Shown here piece after piece: positions 42,184 to 51,474 of a stretch of 64,000 bases of DNA. Position numbers and translations under genes: made by a program. The notes below the pieces were generated by a model. It was not told where the DNA came from. It saw nothing but the letters and a program-made list of their open reading frames with translations, and did not search any database. Origin of the DNA: an uncultured delta proteobacterium (GTDB lineage Bacteria > Desulfobacterota > Desulfobacteria > Desulfobacterales > JAHEIW01); contig CAVPNL010000005.1 of the NCBI GenBank assembly GCA_963706575.1, positions 96,001-160,000 on the forward strand, written 5' to 3'. Within the stretch, counting starts at the first letter, position 1, and each line of letters starts with the position of its first letter.

Positions 42184-42425
42184 TGAGCTAAAATTAAAGA
42201 TGATCTAAAATGTCTAAAATTAAGATTGCGCTCGCGCTGTGCCAGCGCTTACGCGGCGTGTACGCCAGGTGGGCGCTACATCTTTTATTATAAATAGGAA
42301 AGAATTCCTCAACTTTAGGCATTTTAGATCATTTTAGGCATTTTAGGCAATTCTAAATTTAGAGCACCGTGGAAACTTTTTTTCTCTGTCTTCCAAGGTC
42401 AACTGCTAATTTTGAGATAGCTTTT
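42184..42425. repeat. AT-rich repeat with internal 22-bp inverted repeats, copy 1
   Basis: IRs at 42200-42221 and 42311-42332; homologous to 51266-51466. Confidence 0.85.
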
Positions 42426-42675
42426 AATATCTTTTAACGAAATGTCAACAAAATTAGATCATCAATCATTTCGGTCAATTTGATTGGGTGTTTTCAACCC
42501 GGGTGCTTTGCACCCGGATACACCCGCACCGATTAAGGCTCTGGCGTGCCTTTGCTTTTTCCCGCCTATGGCGGAAAAATCCAAGCCACCCGCTCTGCGG
42601 GTGGTCGGTGACCCAAACCTTTTTCAAGTTGGATACAAACTGCAATTTTTTAATAGAGCCTAACCGGATAAGAAG

Positions 42676-42822
42676 TGAATTATCGATTCTCAAGTTTTTA
42701 ATTTCGGAACCGGTACTTCTTAACTTAAATAATTTAGTAATTACAGCTTATTAGCGCTGGCGATGTGGCAATTAATCATATCAAAAAAAGCGATTTGACA
42801 AAAAATCGGAATATCAAGTTCC
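42676..42822. promoter_or_regulatory. Three GAA-N7-TTCY enhancer-like palindromes (42676, 42706, 42808)
   Basis: tGAAttatcgaTTCT, GGAAccggtacTTCT, GGAAtatcaagTTCC. Confidence 0.75.
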
Positions 42823-42875
42823 GGTAGAATTTTGCTGTAATTAAGAATACGGTTAAATTTCAACAAGTTACGATT

Positions 42876-42892
42876 TTGGCATATTTGTTGCC
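42876..42892 (+). promoter_or_regulatory. Sigma-54 (-24/-12) promoter C
   Basis: TTGGCATATTTGTTGCC (GG-N10-GC); IHF-like TTTCAACAAGTTA at 42858-42870. Confidence 0.82.
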
Positions 42893-42913
42893 TTACTTAA
42901 GGGCCAGACATAT

Positions 42914-43012
42914 TTGGCCATCTGGCGGTATCGTTATTTGAAGGCAGGGGTGCTGGAGATCAAAATCCCCAAGCCGGACAAACAAAAGCCGAAGCAGGTA
43001 GATATTAGGTAA
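42914..43012 (+). pseudogene. Hsp20/alpha-crystallin C-terminal fragment (gene remnant or micro-ORF)
   Basis: Translates LAIWRYRYLKAGVLEIKIPKPDKQKPKQVDIR*, matching the sHSP GVLxIxxPK strand and a terminal VxI motif. Confidence 0.6.
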
Positions 43013-43058
43013 CTGTAAATCATATCTTATAACATTGACGGGCTGCTCCGAGATGAAA

Positions 43059-43089
43059 GTGGTTCCCTTTTACAGGGAACTATCTTTTT
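43059..43089 (+). terminator. Intrinsic terminator-like hairpin before ptsP
   Basis: GTGGTTCCCT-TTTAC-AGGGAACTAT followed by CTTTTT. Confidence 0.55.
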
Positions 43090-43118
43090 GAGATGGCTTC
43101 CAAATAGAAAATTTTGAG

Positions 43119-45410
43119 ATGAAACAAAAAGACCGCCGCCACCTTCATCTGTTGTGTGATATCAGTGAACTTATCGCTTTATTGACTGCAAGCGAAGATA
43201 TTGAAAATTTTTTGCAGCGCACAGTAGAGATGATCGCCCGTCACATGGACGCTGATGTATGCTCAATTTATTTATATGATGAAATATCCACCGATCTGGT
43301 GCTGAACGCCACCATCGGATTAAATCCAGCCGCCATCGGCAATGTCCGCATGAAGATCGGCGATGGTCTGGTCGGAACCACTCTGGCCAAACGGGAGCCG
43401 CTAAACGAAGGATGTGCCAGGCGTCATCCCGGGTTTAAATATTTCAAAGAGGCCCACGAAGATCCTTTTGATTCTTTTCTGGCTGTACCCATTCTCAGAG
43501 GTGATGAAAAAATTGGTGTCCTGGTTGTTCAGCATAAGGAACGCGATTACTTCTGTGATGTTGATATTCGAGTCATGCGGGGGATCGCCTCCCAGCTTGC
43601 CGGTGCCATCGGCAACGCACGCCTGTTGATCGAAAGCAATCTGCAAAAAAAAGGTCAGGCTCACGATTACCGTGTGGTTGAACCCTTAAGATTAATTAAG
43701 GGGAAAATGGCTGCTGGAGGACATGCTTTTGCGCCGGCTTTTGTTTTCGAGAAAAGCCACGCAGGACTGCTTGATGCGCATCAAGATGAATGCGATGAGA
43801 AATCTCACAGCCTGACTGATTTTCAAAGGGCGATTCAGGCAACAGCCGAACAGCTTAAAGAATACCAGGAACGATTTGCCCGGCGCCTGCCTGAAAGTGC
43901 CTCGTTGATTTTTTCGGCCCATCTCATGATCCTCAAGGATGTTCGATTTATGCGTGAGATGGAAAAGAGAATATCGGAAGGCGCGCCGCCTGCCACCGCG
44001 ATACGGGCGGTTGCTGGGCATTACATGGAACTTTTTTCTTCCAGTTCCCATGCCCATATCAGGGAAAAAGCCAATGATGTTCAGGATCTTGCCGGTCGAA
44101 TCCTGAAGAATCTGGAACACAAAGATGAGATAGATCCAACTTTAAGAAGAGATCGGATCGTGATTGCCCGGGGGCTTTATCCTTCCGATGTCTTGCGGCT
44201 TGCTTCTGAAGATGTTAAAGGTATAATTCTGGTGGGCGGCGGAGTCACTTCCCATGTGGCCATCCTGGCACATTCGCTGCAGATCCCTCTGATGATTGCC
44301 GACGAGCCGCAATTGCTGGGTCTTGCTGAAGACACACCCGTAATTATGGACGCGGAAAACGGCAGTATCTATGTAAAACCATCTGAGGAAGTTGTCAGTG
44401 AATATCAATCAGGAGAGAAGACGCTATTAGCACAAGAAATTTCATCCCAGGAGGTATCCCCGGAGACGTACAGCCGGGACGGGAGTCGAATTCGACTCCT
44501 TGCCAACATCAGTCTTTTGCGCGACCTCAAATTTGCCCGTGAGTTGAAAGCCGAGGGGATTGGGCTTTATCGCTCCGAGTTTCCGTTTCTGATTCGATCT
44601 GCAGTTCCTTCCGAGGAGGAGCAATTTTTTATCTATCAGCGGCTTTTTGATGAGATGCCTGGAAAAGATATTACCATTCGTACCTTGGATATCGGCGGTG
44701 ACAAGCTGCTGGCCTATCAAGATCTAAAAGGTGAAGCAAATCCGGAATTGGGATTAAGGGGCATTCGGTTCTCTTTACGCCACAGGGATATATTCCATCA
44801 ACAGTTACGAGCAATACTACAAGCTGCTACAAGCACAAAAAAATTGCGGATCATGTTTCCCTTGATTTCTTCTTTGGATGAATTTCAACAGGCCAGACAG
44901 GCAGTATACGACTGCATGCTGGCACTTGAAATCGAAAATCTGCCCCACCATCAACATCCATTAATTGGTGTATTGGTTGAATTGCCTTCAATTGTGGAAA
45001 CCATTGATGAATTTGCAGCTGAGGCCGATTTCCTATCGATCGGCACCAACGATTTTGTCCAATATATGCTGGCGGTTGACCGCACAAATGAAAAGGTCGT
45101 CGATTACTACCAACCCTATCATCCTGCGGTTTTAAGAAGCCTGGCAAAAATTGTGAAGGCGGCAAATAAACAAAATAAAGAAATATCTGTCTGCGGTGAA
45201 TTGGCACATGAAAAAGATTATATCCCGTTTTTGCTAGGGATCGGGGTTCGAATTTTGAGCGTCTATCCCAAATTTTTGCCGTCTGTTCAAAATATTATTT
45301 CAAGTTTAAAGATTTCAGAGGCCGAAGAATACGCCCAAAGACTTTTATCTGAGGCAACTATCCAGGCGGTGCATCGCGCAATTGATGAATCGAACCAGAA
45401 GCCATTTTGA
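43119..45410 (+). CDS. ptsP: GAF-domain phosphoenolpyruvate-protein phosphotransferase (EI-Ntr type)
   Basis: N-terminal GAF (DVCSIYL..L.L.ATIGL), TSHVAILA phospho-His, GIGLYRSEF, RTLDIGGDK, SIGTND, VCGELA. Confidence 0.93.
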   Translation: MKQKDRRHLHLLCDISELIALLTASEDIENFLQRTVEMIARHMDADVCSIYLYDEISTDLVLNATIGLNPAAIGNVRMKIGDGLVGTTLAKREPLNEGCARRHPGFKYFKEAHEDPFDSFLAVPILRGDEKIGVLVVQHKERDYFCDVDIRVMRGIASQLAGAIGNARLLIESNLQKKGQAHDYRVVEPLRLIKGKMAAGGHAFAPAFVFEKSHAGLLDAHQDECDEKSHSLTDFQRAIQATAEQLKEYQERFARRLPESASLIFSAHLMILKDVRFMREMEKRISEGAPPATAIRAVAGHYMELFSSSSHAHIREKANDVQDLAGRILKNLEHKDEIDPTLRRDRIVIARGLYPSDVLRLASEDVKGIILVGGGVTSHVAILAHSLQIPLMIADEPQLLGLAEDTPVIMDAENGSIYVKPSEEVVSEYQSGEKTLLAQEISSQEVSPETYSRDGSRIRLLANISLLRDLKFARELKAEGIGLYRSEFPFLIRSAVPSEEEQFFIYQRLFDEMPGKDITIRTLDIGGDKLLAYQDLKGEANPELGLRGIRFSLRHRDIFHQQLRAILQAATSTKKLRIMFPLISSLDEFQQARQAVYDCMLALEIENLPHHQHPLIGVLVELPSIVETIDEFAAEADFLSIGTNDFVQYMLAVDRTNEKVVDYYQPYHPAVLRSLAKIVKAANKQNKEISVCGELAHEKDYIPFLLGIGVRILSVYPKFLPSVQNIISSLKISEAEEYAQRLLSEATIQAVHRAIDESNQKPF

Positions 45411-45512
45411 GATGGCTTCTAAAGATGCCTGGCGACATAAGCAAGAATAAAACCATTATTGGTTGAAGTAAAATTCGAGACCTAAACCGATAACTCAAGT
45501 TTAGAGGGAAAA

Positions 45513-46631
45513 ATGCACGATCAAAATAACGCGGTTGAAGATCGATCAGGAGGCGAAAGCAAGCATTACAATTTGATGGACGGAGCCACCGGCGAAGGCC
45601 TGAAGGTGATCAGGGAACTTGACGAGCAGCGCAAAATTTCAGCCGATTCCGACATGCCAATGGATGAGCGTCTGGAGGCCTATGAAGACATATTTGATTC
45701 TGAAGTTGGCGATACCTCGCTTGTGCGCGCCCGCAATATTGAAAGAGAAGTGGGTCTGCGCCAAATTTTCCTTAAATTCGAAGGCGGCAACCCGACCGGT
45801 ACGCAAAAGGATCGGATTGCGTTTGCCCAGGCCATGGATGCCCTGCGGCGGGGTTTTGATGCCATCACGATGGCGACATGTGGAAATTACGGCGTCGCAA
45901 TGGCGCTGGCCGCCTCCTTCGCCGGGCTGCAATGCCGGATTTGCATTCCCGAAAACTACCATACCAACCGGATAAAAGAAATGACCGAGCTCGGAGCAGA
46001 AATTGTTCGGGTTGCCGGGGATTATGAAAAAGCGGTAGCTGTTTCCCAGGAGTTGGCCCAGAAAAACGAGCTTTACGATGCCAACCCGGGTGGAGATAAT
46101 ACCGTTACCCAGTTGCGTGCTTATGGGCAAATTGCCCATGAGATTTACGATGAACTGCGGGACGCACCTCTGGCACTTGCAGTCCCGGTCTCAAACGGCA
46201 CCACGCTTTCCGGGATTTACAGGGGTTTCTTGAGCCTGTATCGGCGCGGCAAAACCTCTCGCATGCCGCGCATCATCGCCGGGTCTTCATTCCGTAAAAA
46301 CCCGATTGTGCAGGCATTTTTAAAGAATATGCGGACCTGTGAAGACCTTAATCCCGCGCAAATCAGGGAAACCAGCGTAAATGAACCGTTGATTAACTGG
46401 CATGCCATTGATGGAGATGTTGCCCTGGATGCGATCCGCCAAACCCATGGTTGGGCGGCCAATGCCTCGGATAAAGCGATGCTCTCCTATTCGAAATTAA
46501 TTCGTGAGAAAGAAGGTTTGCAGGTTTTGCCGGCCTCGACCGCCGGCTTGATCGCTTTGATGGAACAGCATCAAAAAGAGCCACTCGCAGGTGATCGTTA
46601 TGTCGTTATGTTAACAGGGAGGAAATCATGA
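45513..46631 (+). CDS. Fold-type II PLP-dependent enzyme (threonine synthase-like)
   Basis: LKFEGGNPTGTQKDR (PLP Lys), ATCGNYG, VPVSNGTT, MLTG. Confidence 0.88.
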   Translation: MHDQNNAVEDRSGGESKHYNLMDGATGEGLKVIRELDEQRKISADSDMPMDERLEAYEDIFDSEVGDTSLVRARNIEREVGLRQIFLKFEGGNPTGTQKDRIAFAQAMDALRRGFDAITMATCGNYGVAMALAASFAGLQCRICIPENYHTNRIKEMTELGAEIVRVAGDYEKAVAVSQELAQKNELYDANPGGDNTVTQLRAYGQIAHEIYDELRDAPLALAVPVSNGTTLSGIYRGFLSLYRRGKTSRMPRIIAGSSFRKNPIVQAFLKNMRTCEDLNPAQIRETSVNEPLINWHAIDGDVALDAIRQTHGWAANASDKAMLSYSKLIREKEGLQVLPASTAGLIALMEQHQKEPLAGDRYVVMLTGRKS

Positions 46632-47703
46632 ACCAACTGCCGGAGGGAAATGCCATCGTATATTGTGAGGGGGCCTTCAACACGCCTAACGGTAAAACGG
46701 CTCATGGTTTGGTCAGGTTCACGAACCGATATCGTCTACTTTCGGTTGTCGATTCGCGCTATGACGGCCGGGATGCCGGTGCTGTATTGGACGGTAAAGC
46801 AAACCGAATTCCGATTTTTGGTTCCCTCGAACAGGCCGTAAAGGAGGCCGACAGTCATACGCATCCGGCCACACACTTCGTTGTCGGCCTGGCCCCGGAC
46901 GGCGGCCGCCTGACTTCAAAAGCGCGGCAGGATGCCAAAAATGCCGTCTCATTTGGCTTGAACGTGGATTGCGGTCTGCACGATTATCTCTCGGAAGATC
47001 GCGGAAATGAAGAAGCTTGCTGCTCAATATGATGTTAAAATTCGAGATATTCGAAAACCGCCGCGAATCCAAAAACTTCATTTTTTCAGCGGTAAAATCG
47101 AGGAGGTCAAGGCCCTGAAGATCGCTGTGCTGGGAACCGATTCGGCGATCGGTAAACGCACAACGGCCTGGTTGATCGTCAACGGCTTCAAGGAACTGGG
47201 GCTGGAGCGCGGAGATGATCGGCACCGGTCAGACCGCCTGGATGCAGGGAGTCAAATACGGGATTATCATGGACTCTCTGGTGAACGATTTTGTTGCCGG
47301 TGAAATTGAGCATGCGGTGTGGAGCGCCTGGAAAGAAGAAAAACCGGATATCATCGTCATTGAGGGGCAGGGCAGTTTAATGAATCCGGCTTATCCCGGC
47401 GGCTTTGAAATCCTGGCTGCCGGTCGGCCCGATATCATTATACTTCAACACGCGCCCGCACGGCTTGAATATGACGGGTTTCCCGGCTATGCGATCCAGC
47501 CCCTGACCCAGCAAATTCAGGTGATCGAAATGCTATCTGGAAAGCCGGTGGTGGCGGTTACCATCAACCACGAGGGCCTGTCCTTTGATCAAATTCCGTC
47601 GATTTGCGATGCGATCCAAAAAGAAGTCGGTCTGCCGGCTTTTGATGTTCTCAAGGATGGGGCCGGTGCTATTATAAAAATTTTAGAATCGTATCTTAAT
47701 TAA
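46628..47703 (+). CDS. DUF1611 family protein (DgcN-like, P-loop containing); frameshifted near 47000 and 47205
   Basis: GKTAHGLVR, GLHDYL, LGTDSAIGKRTT, TGQT, NDFVAGEIE, IEGQGSL. Confidence 0.88.
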
Positions 47704-47721
47704 ATTATAGAAAGAAACGTC

Positions 47722-50121
47722 ATGGCTTCAAAACAAACGCAACCGAAACCCAACCGGAAATCAGCTTCCGGAAAAAAAGCGCACGACGCGCTTTCAGCGC
47801 TGCAGGTCTTTGACCGGCTGGAAATTGGTCCGGTTAAATATGAACCCAGAAGGCTGATGGCGCCTTATCGCCTTTTTTGGAACGGACGCGAAGATCGAAC
47901 CGAACTGATTTACAGCTATGAGGAAACGGTATTTGATCCTGCGGAGCTGGAATCGCGGAATTTAGCGGATATGATTGCCGCCCAGGTGGCCCTCAATTAC
48001 GGGTTGTTTTGTCGATCCATCGTTTTCCACGGGACCTTCGACGAGCTCGATCGCCGCTTCATCCAGGATATGGCCGAAAACACCGCCCGGGAAATTTATG
48101 TTAAAAAATTTCTTGAGCCCAACCCCTTTTTGAGCGGTGCGATCAGGCAGTTGCCGGCGGTGAAAATGCAAAAATATCTACGCGCCACCTTGGAATTTCC
48201 GGAAACCCCGGCGCTGAAATCCAAATCAAAGTGGCAGCTGTGGTCTTCTGATAAACATCGACATTGTATCCTGTCCAGCGGCGGCAAAGACAGCCTCTTG
48301 AGCTACGGGTTGGTCAATGAAATCGGTCGCGAAGTCCATCCGATTTTTGTAAACGAGTCGGGGCGGCACTGGTTTACAGCTCTGAACGCTTACCGGTATT
48401 TTAAAGATAACATTCCCAACACGGCCAGGGTGTGGGTCAATTCCGATCGGCTGTTTGCCTGGATGCTTCAGCGCATACCGTTTATCCGCAAGGATTTTGC
48501 CCATATCCGCTCCGATGAATATCCGATACGGCTGTGGACCGTGGCGGTTTTTCTATTCGGCGTTTTACCACTTCTACGCAAACGCGGTATCAGCCGTCTG
48601 CTGATCGGCGATGAATATGACACTACGGTGCGCAAGACGACCCACGGCATCTCGCATTATGACGGGCTCTATGATCAAAGCATTTATTTTGATCATGCGC
48701 TTTCGAGGTATTTTATGCGCAAGGGTTGGAATATCAGTCAGTTTTCCGTACTGAGACCGTTATCCGAGCTGCTCATCGAAAAGATACTGGTTGAGCGCTA
48801 TCCGGATCTTCAGCGTCAGCAGACCTCCTGTCACGCAACCCATAAGGAGGGTGAGCGGGTGTACCCCTGCGGGCATTGTGAAAAGTGCCGCCGCATTATC
48901 GCAATGTTAAAAGCCATTGGTGCCGATCCGGTTCAATGCGGCTATTCTCCTTCTCAGATTCAGGATGGCCTTAAAAAATTGCCCCATAAGCGCGTTTCTC
49001 AGGAAGCAGCCGGCGTAAGGCATCTGTTTCTCATGCTGGCGCAAAAAGGGCTAATCAATCCAAAAGAACTGCCCCCAAAGGCCGCCAAAGAACATCCGGA
49101 AATTTTAAAATTACGATTCGATTCGAAGTCTTCTCCCATCAATGCGATACCGACCGATCTCCGTAAACCGCTTTTCCGAATTTTTCTCAAGTATGCCGGC
49201 GGAGCGGTGCTGCGCAGCGGGCGCAGCTGGAAAAAAGTGGATGTGCTCAAGGATCCGGCTGTTGATGCGACCTTTCCTTTTGAATTTGATCCCCTCTCAT
49301 CGGGAAACGAGGCCAATCACACCTTGAAACCATCCGGCGCGGGCAGTTACCTGTGGGGTGAGCTCACCTGGCGCCAGGCCAGAACGCGAATTAAAAATAT
49401 GGATGTTGTTTTGCTGCCGGTGGGTGCGGTCGAGCAGCACGGGCCGCATCTACCGCTGGATACCGATGCATTTGATGCCGATTATCTGGCGCGCAGGGTC
49501 GCGGAAGCCTGCAGCGATCCCAAACCGCTGGTGCTGCCCCCGATCGCTTATGGGGTGTCCTATCACCATGCTGATTTTACGGGAACGGTCAGCATCTCCA
49601 ATGATACGCTGGCCAAAATGATTTATGAAATCGGGATGAGTGCTGCGCGTAACGGTATCCGGAAGCTGGTGATTATCAACGGTCATGGCGGCAACAGCCC
49701 GGCACTGAATTATGCCGCCCAGATGATCAATCGCGATGCCCGCATTTTTGTCTGTGTCGACACCGGGGAGACCAGTGATGTGGATATCGACAAAATTGTA
49801 GAGACACCCAACGATGTGCATGCCGGTGAAATTGAAACCAGCACCTGCCTGGCAGTGCGCCCCCATCTGGTTAAGGTGGATCGGGCCAAAAAGCATATTC
49901 CGAAATTCTCCAGCAGATATCTGGACTTTACTTCCAAACGTGGCGTATTATGGTACGCTTACACCCGAAAAATTTCGCCCAGCGGTGTGATGGGCGACCC
50001 GACCAAAGCCAGTGCCGCTAAAGGGGAAAGGATATGGGAAATGATGATTGCTCACCTGGTGTCCCTGGTTGAGGATCTGAAGAACCTTACCCTTGAAGAA
50101 ATCCATCATCGGAATTACTGA
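47722..50121 (+). CDS. Fusion of a QueC/MurL-like PP-loop ATPase and a creatininase-family amidohydrolase
   Basis: N-part: SSGGKDS and [13 protein letters not shown]-part: [31 protein letters not shown]. Confidence 0.85.
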   Translation: MASKQTQPKPNRKSASGKKAHDALSALQVFDRLEIGPVKYEPRRLMAPYRLFWNGREDRTELIYSYEETVFDPAELESRNLADMIAAQVALNYGLFCRSIVFHGTFDELDRRFIQDMAENTAREIYVKKFLEPNPFLSGAIRQLPAVKMQKYLRATLEFPETPALKSKSKWQLWSSDKHRHCILSSGGKDSLLSYGLVNEIGREVHPIFVNESGRHWFTALNAYRYFKDNIPNTARVWVNSDRLFAWMLQRIPFIRKDFAHIRSDEYPIRLWTVAVFLFGVLPLLRKRGISRLLIGDEYDTTVRKTTHGISHYDGLYDQSIYFDHALSRYFMRKGWNISQFSVLRPLSELLIEKILVERYPDLQRQQTSCHATHKEGERVYPCGHCEKCRRIIAMLKAIGADPVQCGYSPSQIQDGLKKLPHKRVSQEAAGVRHLFLMLAQKGLINPKELPPKAAKEHPEILKLRFDSKSSPINAIPTDLRKPLFRIFLKYAGGAVLRSGRSWKKVDVLKDPAVDATFPFEFDPLSSGNEANHTLKPSGAGSYLWGELTWRQARTRIKNMDVVLLPVGAVEQHGPHLPLDTDAFDADYLARRVAEACSDPKPLVLPPIAYGVSYHHADFTGTVSISNDTLAKMIYEIGMSAARNGIRKLVIINGHGGNSPALNYAAQMINRDARIFVCVDTGETSDVDIDKIVETPNDVHAGEIETSTCLAVRPHLVKVDRAKKHIPKFSSRYLDFTSKRGVLWYAYTRKISPSGVMGDPTKASAAKGERIWEMMIAHLVSLVEDLKNLTLEEIHHRNY

Positions 50122-50123
50122 TA

Positions 50124-51191
50124 ATGAAAATTACCCGTCTGGAAATCTGGCCGGTCGAAATGCGATTGGCTGAACCCTATACCATTGCCTATGAACGGAT
50201 TGAGGCGACCACCAACATTTTTTTGCGCCTCGAAACCAATACCGGCATCGTCGGATATGGTTGTGCCGCACCGGATAAGCAAGTTACCGGTGAAACCCCC
50301 GAGACCGTCATAAAAGTTTGCCAAGAAGTGATTAAACCGGTATTAAACCTGTCGGATCCCCTGCGGCTTGCTTTGATTACCGAAAAGCTATCTTCGATAT
50401 TAGCCGCAAATCCATCTGCAGTGGCCATGGTGGATATGGCGCTGCATGATATCCTGGGCAAAGTCTGCGGACTGCCAATTTATAAGCTGCTAGGCGGCTT
50501 TCGCACGCGCATAAAGACCAGTGTCACTATCGGCATAAATCCTCTATCTGAAACGATTGCCAGAGCCAGAGAATGGATCAAGCAAGGATTCAGATCCCTG
50601 AAAATCAAAGGCGGGCGAAATGTTGATGAGGACATAGAGACGGTCTTAAAGCTGCGTGAAAAAGTGGGCAATAAGATCGAGCTGCGCTTTGATGCCAACC
50701 AGGGATATACAGAGGAAGAGGCACTGCGCTTTGTTAGCGCAACGCGTTCGGCCAGACTCGAATTGATCGAACAGCCGACAAACAAGGCGGATTTTGACCT
50801 TCTGGGGAAAATTACCAATGTCGTGCCGATACCGGTGATGGCTGATGAGAGTATCATGAATCTGCGAGATGTTTTTCGACTGGCCCGCAAAGATCTGGTG
50901 GACATGGTCAACATCAAATTGATGAAGGTCGGCGGGATTGCCGAAGCCACGCGGATAAATGCGGTGGCCCGCGCCGCCAGCCTCGAGGTGATGGTCGGAT
51001 GCATGGACGAATCGGCGTTGGGCATCGCGGCCGGTCTGCACTTTGCCCTGGCGCGGCCCAATGTGATTTATGCGGATTTGGACGGCCATCTGGATCTATT
51101 GGATGATCCAGCCCGAGGAGCGGTTATTTTAAAAAAAGGAATTCTTTATCCAACATCAAAGCCCGGTCTGGGAGTTGAATTAAAGTACTAA
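50124..51191 (+). CDS. Enolase-superfamily dipeptide epimerase / N-acyl-amino-acid racemase (AE epimerase/DgcA-like)
   Basis: [41 protein letters not shown]. Confidence 0.92.
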   Translation: MKITRLEIWPVEMRLAEPYTIAYERIEATTNIFLRLETNTGIVGYGCAAPDKQVTGETPETVIKVCQEVIKPVLNLSDPLRLALITEKLSSILAANPSAVAMVDMALHDILGKVCGLPIYKLLGGFRTRIKTSVTIGINPLSETIARAREWIKQGFRSLKIKGGRNVDEDIETVLKLREKVGNKIELRFDANQGYTEEEALRFVSATRSARLELIEQPTNKADFDLLGKITNVVPIPVMADESIMNLRDVFRLARKDLVDMVNIKLMKVGGIAEATRINAVARAASLEVMVGCMDESALGIAAGLHFALARPNVIYADLDGHLDLLDDPARGAVILKKGILYPTSKPGLGVELKY

Positions 51192-51265
51192 GAACCTATC
51201 TCCAAAATGCATTTAACACCCAATCGTAAAGCTTTAAACCGATAAAAAGTGTGTATAATAATAAG

Positions 51266-51466
51266 TGAGCTAAAATTAAAAATGATCTAAAATGCCTAAA
51301 ATTGATGAGTTCAATCATATTTATAATAAAAGATGGAGCGCGAGCGAAACCTTAACTTTAGGCATTTTAGCTCATTTTAGGCATTTTAGGCACTTCTAAC
51401 TTTAGAATACCTTTGGAACTTTTTTTCTCTGTTTTTGAAGATTAACCGCTATTTTTAAGATAACTT
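51266..51466. repeat. AT-rich repeat with internal 22-bp inverted repeats, copy 2 (core inverted relative to copy 1)
   Basis: IRs at 51282-51303 and 51354-51375; outer flanks collinear with 42184-42425. Confidence 0.85.
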
Positions 51467-51474
51467 AAAGTGAA

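Noticed and set aside
42184..42360. TTTTAGGCA-type short repeats as a CRISPR array
   Set aside because: Units are 9-10 bp without unique spacers, and no cas genes are present.
47722..49300. QueC-like domain as part of a Qat/CBASS/Dpd anti-phage system
   Set aside because: No TatD, KAP NTPase, CD-NTase, TGT or que genes nearby; the neighbours are amino-acid-modifying enzymes.
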